Translations under genes and position numbers: made by a program | The notes under the pieces: model-generated | Databases searched by the model: none | Seen by the model: only the letters and a program-made list of their open reading frames with translations | Told to the model about the DNA's origin: nothing | Assembly: GCA_045125095.1 (NCBI GenBank) | Contig: JBGVMW010000141.1 | Span: 6,984 to 70,983 of the forward strand | Origin: Lachnospiraceae bacterium | GTDB lineage: Bacteria; Bacillota; Clostridia; Lachnospirales; Lachnospiraceae | Direction of reading: 5' to 3' | DNA: 64,000 nt | Shown here: in pieces, positions 1-8,393 of the stretch | Layout: every line of letters begins with the position of its first letter | Position numbering within the stretch: position 1 is the stretch's first letter

Positions 1-1
1 A

Positions 2-217
2 AGTGGTTATCTTCTTCCTAAGAATGGTTTCACAGGTTATGTAGATAAATTGTCTCAGCCAGGTGGCACATTGACCATTCAGTTATATTTAAGTATGCAA
101 AAGGGCGAATTTGATGTTGCATTTGGAATTGCGATTGTATTATTAGTGATAGTATTTATTATCAATATATTGACAAAGGTAATCACAAAAAAATTAGATG
201 TAAATAATAGAAAGTAA
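2..217 (+). CDS. pstA: Phosphate ABC transporter permease PstA, C-terminal fragment (5' end outside window)
   Basis: The open frame from the window edge ends ...FGIAIVLLVIVFIINILTKVITKKLDVNNRK*. It is a hydrophobic permease tail directly upstream of pstB. Confidence 0.7.
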   Translation, partial: SGYLLPKNGFTGYVDKLSQPGGTLTIQLYLSMQKGEFDVAFGIAIVLLVIVFIINILTKVITKKLDVNNRK

Positions 218-265
218 GCACAGTTATGACAATACAGCCGATTGACGGCGGGAATTGAGGTAAGA

Positions 266-1024
266 ATGGCAAATATAAAAATCAGTACAAAGGACTTGAA
301 CTTGTATTATGGTGAAAACCATGCATTAAAAGATATTAATATGGATATAAAGGAAAATGCAGTCACTGCATTCATTGGACCATCCGGTTGTGGTAAGTCC
401 ACATTTCTAAAGAGCTTAAACAGAATGAATGATTTAGTACCATCTGTCCGCATTGAAGGGGAAGTGACATTAGACGGTGAAAATATTTATGACCCAAAGG
501 TAGATACGACCTTACTCCGTAAAAAAATTGGTATGGTATTTCAGCAGCCGAATCCATTTCCAATGAGTATCTATGATAATATTGCATATGGTCCAAGAAT
601 TCATGGTATTAAGAACAAATCCACATTAGATGATATTGTGGAAAAAAGTCTTAGAGATGCGGCTATTTTTGATGAAGTAAAGGACCGTTTGAAAAAATCT
701 GCATTAGGGTTATCCGGTGGACAGCAGCAGAGACTTTGTATAGCCAGAGCACTTGCAGTATCACCAGAGGTATTATTAATGGACGAGCCTACTTCAGCAT
801 TGGATCCGATTTCTACATTAAAGGTAGAAGAATTAATGGTTGAATTGAAAAAAGATTATACAGTTGTTGTGGTTACCCATAACATGCAGCAGGCAGCACG
901 CGTATCAGATGATACGGCATTTTTCCTTGTTGGCGAGATGGTAGAATTTGATTCGACGGATAACATTTTCTCCCGTCCGCAGGATAAGCGTACAGAGGAT
1001 TACATTACAGGACGTTTTGGTTAA
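266..1024 (+). CDS. pstB: Phosphate ABC transporter ATP-binding protein PstB
   Basis: Walker [10 protein letters not shown], signature LSGGQQQRL and Walker [12 protein letters not shown]. The C-terminal [11 protein letters not shown] is typical of PstB. ATG 266 (MANIKIST) is preferred over the track start at 242. Confidence 0.95.
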   Translation: MANIKISTKDLNLYYGENHALKDINMDIKENAVTAFIGPSGCGKSTFLKSLNRMNDLVPSVRIEGEVTLDGENIYDPKVDTTLLRKKIGMVFQQPNPFPMSIYDNIAYGPRIHGIKNKSTLDDIVEKSLRDAAIFDEVKDRLKKSALGLSGGQQQRLCIARALAVSPEVLLMDEPTSALDPISTLKVEELMVELKKDYTVVVVTHNMQQAARVSDDTAFFLVGEMVEFDSTDNIFSRPQDKRTEDYITGRFG

Positions 1025-1036
1025 AAGGAGGTTATT

Positions 1037-1735
1037 ATGTCAGTCAGAACAACATTTGACATGGAGCTCAGTAGTCTGCATGAAATGTTAAAAACCATGA
1101 GTATTCAGGTTGAAACAGCGATTAATACAATGTTTGATTCCTTAAAAGATGGAGGAGATACCCGGATTGCAGCAAGCATTGTAAAAAATGACCGCTTTAT
1201 TAATGATATGCAGAGAAGCATTGAATCTAAATGCTTGTCTATTATTACAAGACAACAGCCATTGGCAGGTGATTTGCGAATGATTTCTGCTATTTTAAAA
1301 GTAGTAACTGATATGGAACGTATTGGTGACCATGCTGCAGATATTGCAGAGCTGGTTATCCGAATGCGCAAGCAGATGGATGTGCAAAACATTACTTTGC
1401 AGGATGCTGTGTTCGAGAAACTGCTCAGCCAGTTGTATGAAATGATGAATACTACCAGTGGAATGGTACATGATGCCATAGATTCTCTGATTAATCGCAA
1501 TTCAGAATTGGCATCTCAAATTGATGTGAGAGATGACGAGGTAGATAATCAGTTTAATGATATTAAAAATCAGGCGGTAGAATTAATCCGCAGTGATGTG
1601 GAACATACAGATATGTATGTGGATTTCCTATTGTTAGCAAAATATTTGGAGCGAATGGCAGACCATGCTGTAAATATCAGTGAGTGGGAGCTGTTCCAGG
1701 AAACAGGTTCTATACATGATGTCCGTATATTGTAA
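1037..1735 (+). CDS. phoU: Phosphate signalling regulator PhoU
   Basis: Two PhoU repeats with E(R)IGDHA / ERMADHA motifs. It lies immediately after pstB. Confidence 0.93.
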   Translation: MSVRTTFDMELSSLHEMLKTMSIQVETAINTMFDSLKDGGDTRIAASIVKNDRFINDMQRSIESKCLSIITRQQPLAGDLRMISAILKVVTDMERIGDHAADIAELVIRMRKQMDVQNITLQDAVFEKLLSQLYEMMNTTSGMVHDAIDSLINRNSELASQIDVRDDEVDNQFNDIKNQAVELIRSDVEHTDMYVDFLLLAKYLERMADHAVNISEWELFQETGSIHDVRIL

Positions 1736-1996
1736 AGCCAATGAAATTGGTTTAACCACTTTTTAGTGTTAAATATAAACTCAAAAATTGAATGACAGAG
1801 GGTGAAAGTCGTTGCAATGCTGAAATACAGTGCAAGGACTTTTTCTCTGTAATAAGAAGAAATCGTCACTAACTATGGAAATAAACGGTTACGGTGTGTT
1901 AATATAGTGACGGGACATGAAAAAGTTGAGCAAAAGTGCATGTTCAACAAAAGTATAAAGGTGCGGAGCACTGCGCACAGATAGGAATGAGTGAGT

Positions 1997-2689
1997 ATGC
2001 AGAGTATTTATGTAATTGAAGATGATGAAAATATTAGAAATTTAGTAAAGATTGCTTTAGAAGGATATGGTTATCAGGTTATTGCATTTGAATCCGCAGA
2101 ACCGGCAGTAGAAAATGTGGAAAAAGATATGCCATCAGTGGCTATATTCGATCTGATGCTCCCGGGAATGAGTGGTTTAGATGCCATCAAATTGATTCGC
2201 CGGAAGGAGAAAGTAAGTAAGTTACCCATTATTATCCTCACAGCTAAGGATAAGGAATATGATAAGGTGACAGGGTTAGATGGTGGCGCAGATGATTACA
2301 TGACAAAACCTTTTGGCGTATTGGAATTGGCAGCCCGGGTGCGCTCCCTGCTTCGCCGAACAGAAGAGAAGAAGGTGAAACAGGCAGACAGTACAGTGTC
2401 ATATGGCGACCTTCGCATGAATCATGCAGCAAGGGAGGTTTATATGAAGGGGCAGCTTTTGAACCTTACCTATAAAGAATATGAATTGCTGAACTATCTG
2501 GTAGAAAATCAGAACAGAGTAGTGGAACGGGAAGAATTGCTTAATGAATTATGGGATTATACAGTAGAAGTGGAAACACGTACACTGGATATTCACATCA
2601 AGACATTGCGCAAAAAGTTAGGAGAGGAAGGTAGCAGCTATATTAAGACGGTGCGAAGTGTGGGCTATCGTTTTGTAGCAGGACAATAG
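1997..2689 (+). CDS. OmpR-family response regulator (PhoP/PhoB-like by context)
   Basis: REC domain (VIEDDENI, FDLMLPGMSG, TAKD) plus a winged-helix C-terminus (TLDIHIKTLRKKL, VRSVGYRF). GTG 1991 is an alternative start. Confidence 0.9.
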   Translation: MQSIYVIEDDENIRNLVKIALEGYGYQVIAFESAEPAVENVEKDMPSVAIFDLMLPGMSGLDAIKLIRRKEKVSKLPIIILTAKDKEYDKVTGLDGGADDYMTKPFGVLELAARVRSLLRRTEEKKVKQADSTVSYGDLRMNHAAREVYMKGQLLNLTYKEYELLNYLVENQNRVVEREELLNELWDYTVEVETRTLDIHIKTLRKKLGEEGSSYIKTVRSVGYRFVAGQ

Positions 2690-2694
2690 ATACT

Positions 2695-4101
2695 ATGAGA
2701 AGAGCAATATTATTAAGGTTTCTGTTGATAATTGTATTGGCATTGGCGATTTGTTGTAGTGTCACAGCTTATTTTATCAGCAAATCTATGCTGGATACCA
2801 CGGTGCAGGATATGTATCAGACGCTCCATGTTTTAGAGCATTCGCTGGAGTATGATGATAATTTACAGGAGAATCTGCTGACGATTACAGAAGATATTTT
2901 CACAGATGAAATACGTGTTACAATTATTAATGCAGATGGAATTGTTGTGGCAGATTCATCCGTAGAGGATATTCAGAGCCTGGAAAATCATTTACAGCGT
3001 GAAGAAGTAAAGAGTGCAATGGATTCCGGCTATGGATATTCTACCCGTTATTCAGAAACACTAGAAACAAACATGTTGTATGTAGCCAGACTGAACCAAG
3101 ATGAAAAATATGTGATTCGATTATCAGAACCATACCATGGACTGACGGATTTTGCCAAAAGATTGCTGCCAATTATTATAATCGGAATTTTATGTGCAAT
3201 GGGTGTCACAATTGTAATGGGCTGGCGTTTTTCAGACCAGATTACAAAACCTATTATTGCCATCAGCCGGGAGATGGAAAAGGTTCAAAAAATTGATGAA
3301 CCATTTCAGTTTTCAGAGAGTAAATATGATGAACTCAATATGATTAGTACCTCCGCCAGAAAAATGTCAGAGGCAATACGAGAATATGTGGCGAGTTTAG
3401 AGATGGAGAAGAAGATACGTCAGGAATTCTTTTCCAATGCGTCTCATGAGTTGAAAACGCCAATTACTTCCATAAAAGGATATACAGAACTGCTTAATCA
3501 GGGATTTGGTATAGATGAAACCATGCAGAAAGACTTTTATCAAAGAATTATGAAGGAAACAGATAATATGACCAGTCTGATTAATGATATTCTGATGATT
3601 TCCCGTTTAGAAGCAAATGAAAATGTGGAGATGATGACTGAAGTCAGAATGTGTCCGCTGATGGATGAAATTTTAGATTCCATGGGACCCATTGCAAAGG
3701 ATTATCAGGTTACGCTTCATTCTGAATGTAAGCCGATGTGCGTCAAAAGCAGTCCAAAGCAAATGCGAGAGTTGATACTGAATCTTGTAAACAACGGTGT
3801 AAAATACAATAAGCCGGGAGGCGATGTGTGGGTAAATATTGATGTTGAAACAGGGAACGTGTTGGTGATCCGTGTAAGAGACAATGGAGTGGGAATTAGC
3901 GAAGAAGACCAGAAACGTATTTTTGAGCGGTTCTACCGAGTGGATAAAGGACGAAGTAAGAAATCCGGTGGAACAGGTCTTGGCCTTGCTATTGTGAAGC
4001 ATGTGGTAGAATACAATAAGGGAGAAATCCAATTAGAAAGTACCTTGGGAGAAGGTAGTTGTTTTACTGTGCGAATGCCTGTTGAAGTTTTATATAACTA
4101 A
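2695..4101 (+). CDS. Sensor histidine kinase (PhoR-like by context)
   Basis: Two TM segments, H-box FFSNASHELKTPITSI, N-box LVNNGVKYN, and G-boxes DNGVGI / GGTGLGLAIV. Confidence 0.88.
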   Translation: MRRAILLRFLLIIVLALAICCSVTAYFISKSMLDTTVQDMYQTLHVLEHSLEYDDNLQENLLTITEDIFTDEIRVTIINADGIVVADSSVEDIQSLENHLQREEVKSAMDSGYGYSTRYSETLETNMLYVARLNQDEKYVIRLSEPYHGLTDFAKRLLPIIIIGILCAMGVTIVMGWRFSDQITKPIIAISREMEKVQKIDEPFQFSESKYDELNMISTSARKMSEAIREYVASLEMEKKIRQEFFSNASHELKTPITSIKGYTELLNQGFGIDETMQKDFYQRIMKETDNMTSLINDILMISRLEANENVEMMTEVRMCPLMDEILDSMGPIAKDYQVTLHSECKPMCVKSSPKQMRELILNLVNNGVKYNKPGGDVWVNIDVETGNVLVIRVRDNGVGISEEDQKRIFERFYRVDKGRSKKSGGTGLGLAIVKHVVEYNKGEIQLESTLGEGSCFTVRMPVEVLYN

Positions 4102-4166
4102 TTAACGAAAAGGACTAAATCTTGTATCATACAACATTTAGTCCTTTTCGTTAATTAGTTATATAA
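4090..4166. terminator. Bidirectional intrinsic terminator between convergent genes
   Basis: About 31-bp near-perfect inverted repeat: TTATATAACTAATTAACGAAAAGGACTAAAT ... ATTTAGTCCTTTTCGTTAATTAGTTATATAA. Confidence 0.75.
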
Positions 4167-4178
4167 TTTTTACATGCA

Positions 4179-4820
4179 TTAATGTTTTTTAGAGTTATTT
4201 GCATCCAGTGCACTTGACATAGTCTCAATGGACTTTGTAATTTCAATTGCACTCTTTTTGATATCACTGTAAATCACTTCAGACTTTTTAGAAAGTTCAC
4301 CCATCTGCTTTGCAACGACAGCGAAACCAACACCAGCTTCACCGGAACGTGCAGCTTCAATAGATGCATTCAGTGCTAACATATTCTGTTTAGAGGCGAT
4401 AGACTCTAATTCATTTGCTTTCTTTCCTATGATCTGTACAGTAGCAGTTGCACCTTTAATTTCTTCATTGATAATATGCAGGTTTTCAGAACCCGCATTC
4501 TGTATAAATTCCATATTGACATAGCCATTAATCATTATGCCTGCTAATGAACCAACGTTTTTAAGGGCAAGTTCGTCCATATTCTGTTTTTCAGAGGATA
4601 CTGCTTCGCACACAATAGTACCTAATTTTTCGCCATTTATTACGATTGCCTCGGAGAATTCCAGACTTGTTGCATCAAATCCGATACCAGCTCTGAACTT
4701 GGTAATAGGATTACCATCGTTGTCTTTCAGTCCGATTGCAACACCTGTTGCCTCTGAAAATGTATTCTGTAATTCTTCTAAATTTTTCTGTTCTACGAAA
4801 TCTAATAATTTCATATTCAA
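4179..4820 (-). CDS. Small soluble protein: N-terminal PocR-like sensor region plus a truncated MCP signalling tip
   Basis: The C-terminal half carries the MCP hairpin-tip motif [31 protein letters not shown]. There is no TM or HAMP and the protein is only 213 aa. The N-terminus ([20 protein letters not shown]) resembles PocR-type domains. Confidence 0.7.
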   Translation of the reverse strand: MNMKLLDFVEQKNLEELQNTFSEATGVAIGLKDNDGNPITKFRAGIGFDATSLEFSEAIVINGEKLGTIVCEAVSSEKQNMDELALKNVGSLAGIMINGYVNMEFIQNAGSENLHIINEEIKGATATVQIIGKKANELESIASKQNMLALNASIEAARSGEAGVGFAVVAKQMGELSKKSEVIYSDIKKSAIEITKSIETMSSALDANNSKKH

Positions 4821-5157
4821 TCAACCTTCCCTTCATTCGAGTGATAATAAAATTTTGAGTAACCCCTCAAGCGCTGGGACTTTCGTCAGTCACGCATTTC
4901 TACTTTCTATTCTACATGAAACTACAGTAAATTACAACATAAATTTTAAAGAAAACCACATAATTGTATATAAATTGCATAATGAAAGTGAATGGTTTCA
5001 ATAGTTGCTCTATATATGCGCAGGAAAACTGAATTTTACGATAGAAAACGCTAGTAAAATTCTAAAAATTACCGCTTGAAATCTGGACATGGGTATACTA
5101 TACTAAAATGGAATTTTAGTATGTAAAAGCATTGTAATAGAAACAGGAGGAATAAAA

Positions 5158-5358
5158 ATGGCAGTAGTAACAAAGGAAATGACAATTGGCGAATTATTAA
5201 AGGTAGATACAGAAGTAGTTGTTCCAATTCTTATGGAGATGGGAATGCATTGTATCGGATGCCCATCTTCTATCGGAGAAAGCCTTGAGCAGGCTGCGAT
5301 GGTTCATGGTATGGATCCTGACGCTTTAGTGGACAAGATTAATGCTGCATTAGCTTAA
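5158..5358 (+). CDS. DUF1858-type small protein (hybrid-cluster-protein-associated redox disulfide domain)
   Basis: 66 aa with MTIGELL...GMHCIGCP...SLEQAA..HG.D, matching my recollection of DUF1858. It has a strong RBS (AGGAGG). Confidence 0.8.
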   Translation: MAVVTKEMTIGELLKVDTEVVVPILMEMGMHCIGCPSSIGESLEQAAMVHGMDPDALVDKINAALA

Positions 5359-5362
5359 TTCG

Positions 5363-5402
5363 AAAAAAAACCAGTGTAAGGTTGGCTTACACTGGTTTCT
5401 TT
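5363..5402. terminator. Intrinsic terminator (A-tract/stem/T-tract)
   Basis: AACCAGTGTAAG-GTTGG-CTTACACTGGTT flanked by A8 and a T-rich run. Confidence 0.75.
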
Positions 5403-5459
5403 AGTTAGAGCGTGTTTGAAAAGACATTGTTACTATCTGTACGCTTGTAGTGTTCTTTA

Positions 5460-6203
5460 CTATGACATGGTAGCAAGTTTTTGAATTGCCTTTGCTGGAA
5501 TGAGAACCTTTAAATGCTCTTCAATATAGGAAGCAGTAGCATCTGAGTAACGGATAGGCGTACCATATTCCGATAGGCGGTTGCATATGATATTAAATTG
5601 CTCAGGTGTATGCTTCGACTGTTTTAATAAAAGAATGAAGGTTCCTTCCCGTTCATCTTTATATAACTTGTTTTCTCCCTGATAAATAGTCTGAATGCTA
5701 TCAGATGCTTTGATGGCAAGGTCTAAAGTCTCGAAATTGTAGATAGCTGTCAGTTTAATTGGTTTTAAAGATTTCTTGGCATTACCGACTGGCTTGCCAG
5801 CAGAAACAGATTCTGCCGATGGGTCGGTGTGTTCCTCGCGCAGGCGGTTGAACAGATCAATTACATCATTTGCACCATTTGAGGTTGGCGCAGAATAATC
5901 AGATTCTGGTTCGTCGGATGGAGCAAATTTAGAAAAGCGTGTATCTAATTCGTCCGGATCCTCGACTTTTGTAATGATCAATATGATACATTCTGAGGAT
6001 ATTGGGATGGCTTCAATCATCAAAGGAATATCTTCCGCATCAAAGCCACATTCAAAGGAAGCCTGCTGCATCATATCACGAAACAATGCTTTGGCTTTTT
6101 CGGTGCCATAGGCAAGCTCGCTAAGTTTAATCTGCCGATCCGCTAAATCTTTTTTTGTTAAGGTACAGCGAATCTGGTTATCATTTATACGTTCAATCTT
6201 CAT
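5460..6203 (-). CDS. mecA: Adaptor protein MecA
   Basis: MKIERINDNQIRCTLTKKDLADRQIKLSELAYGTEKAKALFRDMM... is a typical MecA N-terminus, followed by an acidic linker and C-terminal domain. Confidence 0.85.
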   Translation of the reverse strand: MKIERINDNQIRCTLTKKDLADRQIKLSELAYGTEKAKALFRDMMQQASFECGFDAEDIPLMIEAIPISSECIILIITKVEDPDELDTRFSKFAPSDEPESDYSAPTSNGANDVIDLFNRLREEHTDPSAESVSAGKPVGNAKKSLKPIKLTAIYNFETLDLAIKASDSIQTIYQGENKLYKDEREGTFILLLKQSKHTPEQFNIICNRLSEYGTPIRYSDATASYIEEHLKVLIPAKAIQKLATMS

Positions 6204-6587
6204 AGTATCACTTCCAATCTGAAAACCATTATTTGTAACAGCATTATTTATAAATAATGAGACTATTACATCTTTAGTATATCAAAAATATGAAAAATGT
6301 CTACTAAAAAAGGTATGAAAAATTGTTAATAATTAGTTTATAAAAAATAGCATGGTGCATAAATGAACAGCCATTAATTTGGTTACTATATATGATGAAT
6401 TTTGAAGAAGAAAAAAAACAATTGTGAATCTTACGGTTTTCTCTTTTGACTATTGTTAAGATTTGCAATCTGTGTTTTAATAAGGCTGAGAATGTTGTTA
6501 CGAAAGGAGGTAGGGTAATGGACGGGTAATGTATTATTTGGTAAATACCGGATTATCGAAGAAGTAGGTGCAGGATTAAGTGGTATC

Positions 6588-7949
6588 GTGTACAAGGCAG
6601 AACATATCCGGTTAAACGAACTTCGGGCGATAAAATGTATTGATAAGAAACGCCCATTCTATGAACAGCTTTCGAAGGAAGCTACGATTCTAAAGGATCT
6701 GAAACATACTGCAATTCCTGTGATTTTCGATATGGAAGAAGACGAATCGTATTTGTATCTTATTGAAGAGTATATAGCAGGAGAATCTTTGCAGGACATC
6801 ATGAACCATCAGGAAAAACTCCCGGTTGTAAGTATAATTGAATATGGTATACAGTTGTGTGGAATTCTGTATTATCTGCATAGCTGTTTAGAGGAACCCC
6901 TTCTTTATCTGGATTTAAAACCATCCAATATTCTGATAGCTGAAGGCAAATTAAAGCTGATTGATTTTGGAAGCTGTAGAAAACAGGAAACAGGGGAGAC
7001 AACAAGATTATCCATGGGAACGGTTGGGTATGCAGCACCGGAACAATTTGTTGGCGTATCAAACAGTGAAAAGACGGATGTATATGGCATAGGAGCTGTT
7101 TTGTATTATATGCTCACAGGGCAAAGAGTTGATAACAAGTATTGTCATATACTCCGTCAATTAAAGATACCATCAGAGCTTAAGAAGACAGTGATGGATT
7201 GTTTAGAACCAGAGATTAGAAAACGTCCTGAGGGAGTAAAAGCGGTGGAGTATCGACTTATGCAGATATCCGGGAATCGCAAAATTGGAAGATTAACAAC
7301 AGGCTCAAAGACCCATCAGAAAGCATCTGGTGGATGGAAAATGGGTGTTATTGGTACCAGAACAGGTGTTGGTGTCACCTATTATGTATTACAGCAGGGA
7401 ATGATGCAAAAGCGTAAAGGACAGAAGGTAGCATTAGCAGAACTGAATACTCATAATGATTTTGGTAAATTAAAATTAAACGATAATAGAAATAACAACA
7501 ACCAAAAAAAATTATTTCAAAGTACACATGAAAGAATATTCGGTACGGGGGAAGGCGTTTGTACCTTTAGCCTAAACGGAATAGATTATTACCCTGGGTG
7601 TAGTGCAACTACGTTGCTCATGTTACAAAATATGAATTATGACAACATTATTGTGGATTTTGGATGTTGTTGGGAGGAAAGCAGAGAGGAGTTTCTTCGC
7701 TGTCAGGAGAAACATGTCATTCTCAATGCAGATATCTGGCATATGGAAGAAACGATACAGTTGTTAGAACAGATTAGAAAAGAACATGGAAGCAAAAAAT
7801 GGAAGTATCTGTCTGTTTTTTATGAAGACAGAAATTTAGAACAATTAGAAGCTGCTTATGGAATTACCATACAAACATTGGTATTTGGGAATGAAACAGT
7901 ACACCATAGAAGATGGATACATAAGCGAGGTATATTTCGTAATTACTGA
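6588..7949 (+). CDS. Soluble Ser/Thr protein kinase fused to a degenerate ParA/TadZ-like P-loop domain; 5' end uncertain
   Basis: Kinase motifs AIK (LRAIKCID), YLDLKPSNILI, DFG and GYAAPE. The C-terminal ~200 aa start GVIGTRTGVGVTYYVL. The reading frame is open from 6519 and encodes the Gly-rich loop before the first canonical start (see findings). Confidence 0.8.
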   Translation: MYKAEHIRLNELRAIKCIDKKRPFYEQLSKEATILKDLKHTAIPVIFDMEEDESYLYLIEEYIAGESLQDIMNHQEKLPVVSIIEYGIQLCGILYYLHSCLEEPLLYLDLKPSNILIAEGKLKLIDFGSCRKQETGETTRLSMGTVGYAAPEQFVGVSNSEKTDVYGIGAVLYYMLTGQRVDNKYCHILRQLKIPSELKKTVMDCLEPEIRKRPEGVKAVEYRLMQISGNRKIGRLTTGSKTHQKASGGWKMGVIGTRTGVGVTYYVLQQGMMQKRKGQKVALAELNTHNDFGKLKLNDNRNNNNQKKLFQSTHERIFGTGEGVCTFSLNGIDYYPGCSATTLLMLQNMNYDNIIVDFGCCWEESREEFLRCQEKHVILNADIWHMEETIQLLEQIRKEHGSKKWKYLSVFYEDRNLEQLEAAYGITIQTLVFGNETVHHRRWIHKRGIFRNY

Positions 7950-8116
7950 CATATCACAAAGTACATGGAAGTTACAGGATAACTGCACTCCATTACACTT
8001 ATCAGACAAAAAGTGTATCGGGAAGAAACAGTGGAGTGCAGTTGTCATATTAGAAATATTTATGAATATAGATGACGATAAGCGGTAAATCTGCTATACT
8101 ATATGTGTTTCTTGTT

Positions 8117-8365
8117 CATAGGTAATTGCGAAACGCCAATAAGGTAGTGAATTGTCAGAATTGTTTGTGACAGATAGTTGTTTGCTACATAGTCTATATG
8201 TGACCCTCTGAAAACGTCGGCACTTGGGCTGTGTATTTTACAGCCTTAGTGTCCGCTACGTTTGAAGGGAGCGAGAGCGCGTCAAATATAGACTATGTAG
8301 TAAGCAACTATTTGCACAAACAATTCTGACAATTTGCGGATGGTCTACACTTTCGCAAATGCCTA
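8117..8365 (+). repeat. Repeat A copy 1: ~248-bp imperfect palindromic (long hairpin) intergenic element
   Basis: By-eye alignment shows few mismatches to the reverse complement of 30112-30360. Its arms are AATTGTCAGAATTGTTTGTG...CACAAACAATTCTGACAATT. It ends 28 nt before the Fe-ADH start codon. Confidence 0.85.
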
Positions 8366-8393
8366 ATAATAATTTAAGATAAGGAGTGTTGAC

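Noticed and set aside
1105-1500. 131-aa ORF antisense to phoU. Similar antisense ORFs lie at 372-596, 1570-1869, 3673-4032, 8570-8833 and 9272-9698.
   Set aside because: They lie entirely within well-supported genes on the opposite strand. They have no RBS and their composition is typical of shadow frames.
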